A stretch of 64,000 bases of DNA. Origin: Trichinella spiralis. Taxonomy: Eukaryota. This document shows positions 54,001-64,000 of this stretch, piece by piece. Below the pieces are notes generated by a model that saw nothing but the letters and a program-made list of their open reading frames with translations, was not told the DNA's origin and searched no databases. The first letter of the stretch is position 1; every line of letters starts with the position of its first letter. The translations under genes and the position numbers were made by a program. The stretch covers positions 2,127,854 to 2,191,853 of the forward strand of contig NW_003526940.1 in assembly GCF_000181795.1 (NCBI RefSeq). The letters run 5' to 3'.

Positions 54001-57000
54001 GAAGATGTTTATTGTTTCAATATTTTTATTTTACGTTTACAATAACAAGTAGTCATAATAAGCAATGCATTAATCAAGCAGTTTGTAAGCAATAGCGTGC
54101 TATTTTTTGCATATTAATTTATTTTTAAATAATAACTTGTGCAATTTTGTATTTTATAACATTAATCATATGTCCTTTTTAGTTTTTAATCAATAACAAA
54201 AAATATCAAGTAATTTTTAACAATAAAAATTTAATTATATTAAATTAAAAATGTACTTTAATATTCATCAATTATTTTTTCTAATTTCATTGCATTTTTG
54301 TAGTTTGCAAAGCAGTAATTAGTAGCAGAAGTTTATTTATTTGTTCAATCTATATTTTATTCTGTTTACTTTTAAATAATCATTCAGTTGCTGATTTTTA
54401 ATAAATTTAGATTTCTTTTTTGTTGAAAAACAATTTTACTCACGAATAATTATTGTTATAATGATCATCATCCATTGCTAAACTTTTCCAAATGCAAGGA
54501 TATAATCTGGTATATAATGTAATGGCAGTTCCAGCATACACCGCAATGTAATAAGAATTCCACGAGCCCCAAATTGACATAAATACTTTCAGTTGCATTG
54601 AATTTTCAATATTTTGTTGTCTGAAAAGGCAAGGAGTTTTTTCAGTTACCTTATTACTGCAGTGCATTTGAATTTTCTTTATAATATCCAAAATTTCAAA
54701 ATATGTAACAGAATTGATTAAAATAAAGTTTAAATAATGTTTCATCAGTGTTGTTAAGGCTGAAAGTTTTTGAAAATTAATTAAATTTCTATGGAATAAA
54801 GCTCATCGGGCTTGACACAATTCGATTATGTTTCTGGTGTTTACTTTTTATTGCAATCTACACGCATAATGTAAATAACTGTCATTGCTGTATGTTGAAT
54901 GTTCTATTGATTTTTTAAAAGCGCTTTTTAATAGAGTTAAAGTACATGCATGAAAGAAAAATTTTACAAGAATAAGTGGAAATAAAACTCAATTAATTGA
55001 GCATTTTAATAGTTGCAGTAATTTTGTTATACTTTCTTTTTCACAGCGCTCAGATTTTTGCATGAAAATACTATGCATAGAACATCTATGTTTGTATATC
55101 TGATCTGTCGTGTTAGCAGCTATAAAACAGCAAAGAATAATTGACATTGATTTATTGGATAAATATTCATTATTGTTTATTATTAGTCTCTACTGAATAA
55201 GTAACTTCATCATTTTAGATGATGATGAGGTTGATTTGAAATTTGTAAAAGAATGGATGTCATCGAAACCAGGTTGTAGATTATTTCAAGCCAAATACAA
55301 ATACCGACCACTGAAAGACTCTCCTAATGATAATCCAGAACTGGAGCTGCCATTGAATGAAGGTGACTTGGTGTTGGTTTGTGGAAAAATGGATGAAGAT
55401 AGCTTTTACATGGGAGAACTTGCAAATGGCAGACGGGGTTTAGTTCCATCGAACTATGTAGAACCGATTAGACTGGATTCTTTGAACAAAATGTCAGACA
55501 ATGCGTCCTCACTGAAAAGCTTAAACTCTGCTTCTGCGTTAACGGTCGATTATGCTCACGATGCTAACAGAGAAAATAACTTGTCTTTTATTCTTCAAAA
55601 CAACTCTTCACACAGTACCACTGTTCAAAGAGGTAACAATGATTATTCTGGTCATTTCTAAAATTATAACTAATTTAAAATGACAATCTATGATAGGAAT
55701 GTATAAGAAAAATGTCTATAATTTTAAACATTGATAACATTTTTATTTTAAACAAAATATTGCTTATCATTTCATATAAAATGAATAATCATAGCATATA
55801 ATAATTCCAGTTTTAGTATTTGCTTTAATAAAAATAAGAATACTGATATTCAGTTGAATTTATTTGAATTCTTTTCAACTTAGGCCACAACGATTATATG
55901 AGTTCACTGCCAGAACATATGTGCCCTTATCCTTGTGTTGATGTAACAAACGTGACAGTGCATGAACTTCGTCAAAATGATGGAATTCGAGGTAAACGCA
56001 TTTTGCATACGTGTCCGTGAATAGGGCCAATTTTTTGGAACTTTGCATATCAAATTTGCTATACAAGTGTAAAATTATTTGTAAATAATATGAAAATATT
56101 TTTCTTTAATTTTAATCATAAATTTTGTATTATTAAAAATAACATTTCAACTTACTAGTACCCTCTCCAAACAGCCTTACGGTTGAGAAACAATTACGGA
56201 AAAGCGTTTTGATCTCGTGGACTCCACCGACAACGAACCTGGTGCCAGTTTTGCAGTATCATGTTTGCATAGATGGCGTTGTTCGGACTGTAGTCCCAGC
56301 TGGCTACAATACTAAAGCACTTGTAGAAGACATTGATAATGATAAAGTAATTTTACTTAAAGAATTTTTAATATCTGCTTTTAATCTGAATTTAATCTAC
56401 TTTTTCTACACGAAATGATCACTGTCACTTGTTCAACATTAAAGAAGAATTTTAAAGTTTTAAAATATTTGATTAAAATATAAATTATTTCTGCTTCTAG
56501 GAATAAAACAAATTGCATTTAACTTTAATTAAGTTGAAACGTTTTGAATTTTTCAAACTTATTTTCATGCAATATTTTTTTGTACGGTAAATTGATGAAT
56601 TATAATTTTTTACACGAATGATAGATACAACTGAAATATTTGAAGCACTTCAGTTTTGTCACTTGATGATAATTATAAATTAAAAGTGGAATACGATTTT
56701 TTAAGATTTCCAGGCTATCAGTGCGATCAGTAGCTGAATCCGGCTATTCACCAGATGCTGCATGTACGGTTACAATTGGGAAAGGTAAATCGAGATCAAA
56801 ATTGTCTTCTTGCGTTTCGAAAATTATGGGCTTAATCTTAGACAGCAACGTTGCACCTCAAGATGTTCGAGTGTCTTCCATAACACCAGTGAGCGCTCAA
56901 GTTGCTTGGTATCCTGGTAATTCGAATTGCGAGCACGTAATCTTGTTGAATGGACTAAAGGTGGGCACATGCCCGCCAGGAATTTATCAAATACTGCTCA

Positions 57001-60000
57001 AAGGACTCATTCCATCTACTCTTTACCGGTGCTCTGTCCGAGTGAAAGATCCAAAAGCTGTTCTTGAAGAACAACCTGTGGAAGGCCATGTCGACTTCAA
57101 AACTCTATCGAAAAGTATGTAAGAAATTTTTTGTTCATATATTTCGAAATAAATTAATTTTACATATGCTTTATTTATTTTATTTTATTTTATTGTTGTT
57201 GACGTTTTACACTTGAAACTGCCTTTATAAAACTACAGTGGCAATCTAATTTTTGTACTCCGTTTTTTTGAAGTCTAATGTTGACTGTTTATGACGAATA
57301 TCTTAGACTGATTTGACAAATATGCATATAATATGGAAAGTAATTCCTTCATAGCATTTTATTTTAATTTACGCATTACTATACTGTAATATTCCTTTTT
57401 ATAAAAATTCCTTTATATAAATTTTTACAAAAAATTTTTTTAAAAATTACGTAATGCTCATTTCCTTGCTCATTTTTTTCTAAATTGTGAAAGAGCTTCA
57501 AGTATTGGGTCCTTTATTTTTAGTTTATACATTAAATTGTTCGAAATTAAAAATTGTAGAATCTTAACAAACATGAACTTAATTAACATAAGTAACACGT
57601 TGCAAAAATCTCATTTGCATATTTAAATAATTATATTTTTATGTAATGCTTATTAACTGTTGAATTGAAAGGTTTTTCATTCTCAAAGTATATGTAAATT
57701 AAATTATTTTTATAAAATTATGTTTCAAAGATTTGATGATTTTTCATTTTTCCCAATTTTTCCAATCAAAGTAATAAGTGTAAAAAATAAAAATATATAA
57801 TGAAATATGTATGAATCATAAAGTAGAGATAATTTAAATATTTCATTCAACTTATTTAATAAAATGTTACAAAAATAATTAGCTAATAAAAAATTTCAGT
57901 ACTATTTGCTAAATATTAATATTAATTGAAAAGCAGAGTGAACATAGATGTATACATTATTTAACAAAACTGTGCAGTTGTTGCAAATAATTTACATATG
58001 AATTCATTATTCCATATTTTTTTATTACATTATTTTAAACTCATATGCTTGCAATGATAAAATCTGAAATATGAGCGAATAAAAATAAATTTTAATTTTT
58101 CCTAAATAAAAAAGTTAAAAGATAATGATAAATTGATTTTCAGCACAGTAACTGATTATTTTTGATGAATAATATGTTGCTTTTGAAATCGAAATGTTTG
58201 TTTATTTGAATAATATATTTCATTTGCATTATATGTATCGGACAGTAATTTTTTGTATTTAGTGATGCTGATATGTAAGAATCATATTATTTATCTAGTA
58301 ATCAGATTCATATCAAAATGTTCAGTTATTTATTTGAATTAAATAAATTTGAAAAATAATTCAGTTGGACTTCCCGATGCTCCTACGAATGTCCAATGTG
58401 AATTTGGTCCTCAAGATGGTACTCTTTTGGTTACCTGGCAGCCGGTGACTACTCAGCCAAAGCCGCCTTCTAGAGCAGCCATTGCCGGTTATCTCGTCTA
58501 TGCTGATGGTAAAAAAATTAGCGAAGTGGACACACCTACAGGAGATCATGTTTTGCTCAAATGGGCTGATCTGTCTGACGATCCGCCTCTTTTCATCACT
58601 GTGAAAGCAACGACCAGGGAAGGATCAATCAGTGCAGATTCAAATGCTGTTCGACTACCTAAGCCAGAACACAAATCACCTCAAACTGCAAAGCTGATTG
58701 CAGTTACGGTATTTCAAAATTTTATTATTATTAACTTCCAGTTTTACTTATTTGCTTAAAACAAAAAACAAAGTGTTGTTATAAGGCAAGAAAGCGTTAA
58801 AAAATGAAAATGCGATTTTTAACTTTTAATATTTTTATGAATTGCAAGCTGTTACTGTGATATAATAAAAATTGATTTTGTTAATGCCATATGCATTGTT
58901 TCCTGCCTTTCAAGTACTTTCCTGAATTCATAAATATCAAAGTTACAAATTATGGACATTGTTAACATGCAGTCCAGTGATAAATTTTTAATGCTTGTTA
59001 TCTGTTTGTTGTTCTTGTAAAATGATGTCACTTTTTACTTTTTAGTCTGCGAATGAAAAGACATCACTAATACCACCAGCTATGAATTCATATGCAGAAA
59101 TTAATTCTTACAATTACCATACAGCTTCACCGAACACACAAAATATACGTTTGTCTCAAACACTGCCTACACGATCGCTCTGTCAGTCAGCTAACCTCTC
59201 CTCTTGCCAGTTGCCGATGGTGAACTCTTCTAACCTTGTGAGTTTCAATTGTTTTTCGTTTTTTGTATTTTTTTGTTATTATTTAAGTTTAATTTACAAG
59301 AATTATTGATTGTAAAAATTTTTTTCTACTTTTTTGTACTGATTGTATATTGTGTAATTTGCATTTGTAAGTGATTGTTATATTGCACAATATATTCAGT
59401 TTTGGATAAGATTTGAAGAAAAAAATATTGCTTTTTTTTCATATGAAAAATTTTGCCACTGCTCGACAGCAAGATTTGACATATGATAGAAATGCATTTT
59501 TGTACTGATTGTAAAATTACATTCCTAGTTTATTGCACAAACTTAAACCTAAAAGACAGCTTTGGCAGAGATTTTTGATTTAAAAATTAATCATGACATC
59601 ATAAGCATTTGAATTTCATGATGCACTTTGCGGAACTTGTGTCCACATGTGTTTTTACACTTTAACCAAATGTTCTGCTTGCCAATTTGAAGTATTGATA
59701 AATCAACGTCGATGTTTTCGCCAATTTTACATCCATAACAGATTAACGAAGAATATGGATGAGCGTGATCAATAGCCTTTTACGAGTTGAGTTTGCACGA
59801 CGAGAGGTTCAAAGAGCTTCCGCTAATGAAATGCTTCAAACTTAGCAACTCATCTTATATTCCACTAGACGCTAGAGACTTTTCTTGATTTTCTTCTGAT
59901 TTCTTTTTCATAATTAACACTCATAATTGACCAACATCCAAGAACATCTGTCATATCATCTTGCATTTCACAACTAACTGTAGGCATATGACAATTTTTA

Positions 60001-63000
60001 CCAAATCTTTAACAAATATATGCTTAAATTTTTTACAGTATTTCTTTTTATCTGATAAACTAGTCAAAATGTTGTGCTTTTACTTCAATTTTATTAATCT
60101 ATCAATTGATGATTTATAAATGATGTTTGCTCAGATACTGTTGTTCAAAAGTTGCTAATTTAAACATGTGAATACCAATAATAATTTATATGTAAATTCT
60201 GTCTACTATTGGTGAATGTTGTGTTCATTTCCCTTGGAAAAATATTTTTACTTTTCAACTTTTCACAATGTCAGAGATCACACACAAGTAATTTTTTTAT
60301 TTTATCAAAATAAAACCTATGACAAGTGGAGCATAAAATAAATTGTTCTTTTCGAAGTTTTGACACTACTGAAGAACAAGGAAGCAGCATTGAACAGTTT
60401 TATTATTGAACTGTTTGTGTTTTGCTCTTTTATTTTCTTTATTGATAATCTATTAAAGCAGATAATAAAATTAAATTTGGCACCTGGAACAACAACTAAG
60501 ACAAATAAATCTAAACTGTTGTTTGCTATTCATTCATTTAAGTGACTTCAAAGTGTAATTATTGTAAAAGAGTTTCTTCGCTTTTTCTGAAATGAAAATG
60601 ACAGTTCAATTGCCATCCGCTTTATAAAAAGTTAATGCATCTGAAAATATGTTCCTTTTTATAAAACTGAATTGTGCGCTTTATTGACTTTGTTCGCTTC
60701 AGTGTGTCGCTTTGGAATGAGCATTTAAAATTTATGGATTTCAAATGATGCTCAGAAGTTATTACCTAATATTGGGCAAATTTATGAATTTTTATTTCAA
60801 ATTTATTAAGAATTTTAAATCTCTTGCTAGATGCGTTAACACGGCTTCCACCTGAAGAATGCCCTTTTTTTCTTTTCTTTTCTGGAATACAATTAGTAGT
60901 AAGCTTAACAGAGTTGAGAGAGAGTTTTTTTCTTTTTTGCAGTTGAATGTTCTTTTTGTTGAAGCCTTTTGGTTAAAACTGACATGCAAATTGATGGTTA
61001 GCAAAAATCATAGCTTAGGCTTCTAAATGTCTATAAGTGTGTAATGAATAAACTACTACTGAAGGTAGTTTTTTTCTGCCTGAACAGTCTGCAGACGTCA
61101 ATTTTTTATGTTTAAAAATACATTAACTATTTTATAAGTGAGTTTTGTCATTTAAAATGCTTTTTTTATATTGATCCTCCTTGTATTCCGTACGCACAAT
61201 TTCATGCATGTCGTATTCTTTCCTTCTTCTTCTGCTTCTTCTTCTTCGACTCAGATGCGTTTTATCATTTTCACTTAGAAACCTCAATTCCCTGTTTGAG
61301 CCGTTTAAAAGCCTAGTAACGTTTGATAATCGATAAATTTCCTAATGCAAACTTGCAGCTGCTTATTCATGTGAAATATAATTTTCCACTTTTATTGCGT
61401 CAACATGTCATGAGAAAATTGTAACTGAGGATAACTTTCTTACCAGTTAGCTTTTCTGCCATTACTACTGAGAAATTTTTAACTTTGCCAAGCTTCAGTC
61501 CCGATAAATCTGAATCTGTAAGTATTACTTTGCCTAAACTTTTCTATTTTATTTACAGTTTCAGTTTTTCATTTTTATATTGCTGCTATCAACCTAATAT
61601 TGTTTTTTTGTACAAATATCATTTCAGACAGTTTTAAACCTGTATTACAGACAGATTATGCAATTCAAACAGTTTTAAGGTTTGGCTTGTATTCAAAAAA
61701 GAAAATATGCTTTTTAGTAAATTAGCACAATTATCTGAAAAATTCTTTTTCACTCTGATGACAGCAACCAATACTAAATTTTATCACTGTTCAAAGCAGT
61801 TCATATTGATCTCTTTACATATTTCAAACTTATCACTGAGATGAATAATTATAATGCTCGTTATTGTTGTTGTTGTTGTCATTGTTTGAGCGGCACTTCA
61901 ACTATTCATTTATTTTCCAAATGAATATTGATAATTAAATCTGATTTTAAATACTTAAATAATTCAAGTCAGGTAATTTAATGAAGTTTTATGATGCTTT
62001 TTCAAATTTTCATATTTTGTATTTAAAATTTTTAATTATTTTTTTCTTAATTTTAAATGTTTTAAAATTCTGTTGATTGCTGAAGTTAATCAACATTTTA
62101 TGTAATATTTAATTATCATATTCATTCTAAGTTGTTATTTGAGTAACGTTACATGGAAAATTTAATTAACGTTAATATGCCAATAAAAGCAGTGTATATT
62201 GGATAATCATTCCAAGCATTGGGATCAGAGAATTCGCTTCTTTTAAAGTGCCGCAGATTTTAGCTTTTAAACAAAAATATGAATAAATCAGCTAATTGCA
62301 TCTAGACTTTCTTTATCTTGCACATTGTCTAACACTAAAGTCACATTTGTATGCATTGCTTTTCTAAAGTTGGAGAGAACAGCTTTTGTTCAAGTAGACA
62401 AGAAGTAAGTAAACACACCAACTGATTAATATTGACACAACAATGCTTCAGAAATAAACATTGAAACTGTGCACAAATCAGTCGTATGCAATGTGAAAAC
62501 GTAGCTTCATTTAGAGAACATTTGATTAATATAACTTACAAATTTAGATTTCATTTTTCTGGAACAATTATTTTGTAATTCAAAAAAATAATCAAATTTT
62601 TTAATTGAAATAATTTTATTTAAGGCTATTTTTGAATAAAAATAAGAACATATTAATTATTTATATCATTGGTTTCAGTAGTGCTTTATCCATCAATTAG
62701 TGGTATAGTATATAGTTTAGTAGGCTATAGGCATGCCATGTTGTTATAAAAGTAATTCTAGGGTTTGTCAGATTTATTTTTGGAGTACATAATTTCACAC
62801 GCGGTTTTGACTAAATTAAATTGGATTTGAAATGGAGTTTGCTGTTGTTTGTTTTATGAGTTTGTTAGGAAGAGACGTGCCATTGGGTTTTTCTGGTCGA
62901 CTAATTTTGATTATCTTATTGCGCTCTTTTATTGACCATGTAAATTTTAAATCTTATTTTGTCATAATCACATTTTATTATCAAAACTTGTTAACTTTCT

Positions 63001-64000
63001 TTGATTTGCTTTGCTCAATACTGTTTATTTTTTGTTCATTTTTTGAGACTCCCAGCTCAACAATCAGAACTGCACCTTCTTATTATATCTTTCATCCTCC
63101 ATTAACGAAACCTGACGAGGGCGGAAAATTGACTGAAAGACCCAGCTTGTTAGAAATGGAAACGAATTATTTGTTAAGACAGCAGCAAAAATCCCGTTCA
63201 TCTATGAGGCGTCGATCGCTCAGCCTTGAAGATGACAAATCACCAGAATTCAGAGGACAGACTTACATTGAAATTCCACATATCCGTAATTCTATTCTTT
63301 TTGAAAATTTTATCATTTCAAATTTTCTCATTACGTTCTCAATTGTACTTTTAGAAGTGATGGAAGACACTGTTCCAATACTCACTGCCAGAGCAGCCGA
63401 TACTTGGACCCCTGCGATGAAATACATCCAACCAGTTTATAATTCTAAATCTTTGCCAAGACAACGGTATAAATATAATAATATTGATCAATAGTAATGA
63501 ATTTTATTAAACTCTTTTTTTTGTTTTAGACATGTTACAAATAGCAGAGCTGCAAGTGAACCTGATCTGAGAATAGATCATCGCGGTGCTTCATTCTCCT
63601 GGAGAAATCGACCTAGAGCTAGGCGATGTTTAGTTGCCATGTACGACTACAACCCTAAGCATATGTCACCGAATTATAATGCTGTTCGAGATGAGCTGTC
63701 TTTTCAACGAGGACAACTTATAAGGGTAGGGATGGAATTTTCATGCAGTGGGATATTTAATTTACAGTAACTACAATCAGAAGTGCAGGAACAAAAAGAT
63801 ATTTTAAGGTTTTAGAAGTAAACGATAAATAATATATAAGTTTCAAGGTATTTGTAATTATAATCATAATTAATTATATAAGTTGAATATTTATTTAATG
63901 TTCACATCTGACCTTCCAGTTTTGTATTGTTTAGCTTCTGGAAGATCCAGATCCAGATGGATTCTACTTGGGGCAAATTAATGGACGCATTGGTTTAGTG
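48079..64000 (+). repeat. Copy 2 of the duplication (runs off the window end)
   Basis: Begins immediately after the 10-N gap. Matches 28222-44159 with scattered SNPs and small indels. Confidence 0.97.
51523..64000 (+). CDS. rimb-1: Second copy or allele of rimb-1, 3'-partial; exons 51523-51541 (alternative first), 55219-55632, 55884-55991, 56159-56346, 56706-56784, 56842-57114, 58365-58708, 59046-59237, 63048-63285, 63355-63466, 63530-63725, 63935->64000
   Basis: Same exons as copy 1 with open frames and GT/AG dinucleotides retained. Lacks the 27597-28024 upstream exons. Confidence 0.75.

Noticed and set aside
1..64000. CRISPR arrays, transposase/reverse-transcriptase genes, prokaryotic operons
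   Set aside because: No repeat-spacer arrays or mobile-element ORFs seen; all genes are intron-containing eukaryotic genes.

Overview
AT-rich eukaryotic DNA with many short GT-AG introns (TTTCAG/TTTTAG acceptors). Gene content points to a nematode, plausibly clade I/Trichinella-like (inference). From left to right: (1) the 3' part of a let-4-like transmembrane LRR gene and a complete sym-1-like secreted LRR gene, both on +; (2) a BLTP3/UHRF1BP1-family lipid-transfer gene on -, whose ~790 traced codons end at a splice donor just before the LRR genes, so the LRR pair is probably nested in one of its introns; (3) delta-COP, head-to-head with BLTP3; (4) a HAD-IIA phosphoglycolate/glycerol-3-phosphate phosphatase on -; (5) tRNA-Ser(CGA); (6) a large RIM-binding protein gene (SH3, 3xFN3, SH3, SH3) with a candidate alternative first exon. 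After a 10-N gap, 48079-64000 is a near-identical direct copy of 28222-44159, either an uncollapsed haplotype or a recent tandem duplication. I saw no prokaryotic-type system, CRISPR array or recognisable transposon. Exon structures were traced by hand and checked for phase. Orthology calls rest on remembered protein sequences, not on database searches.
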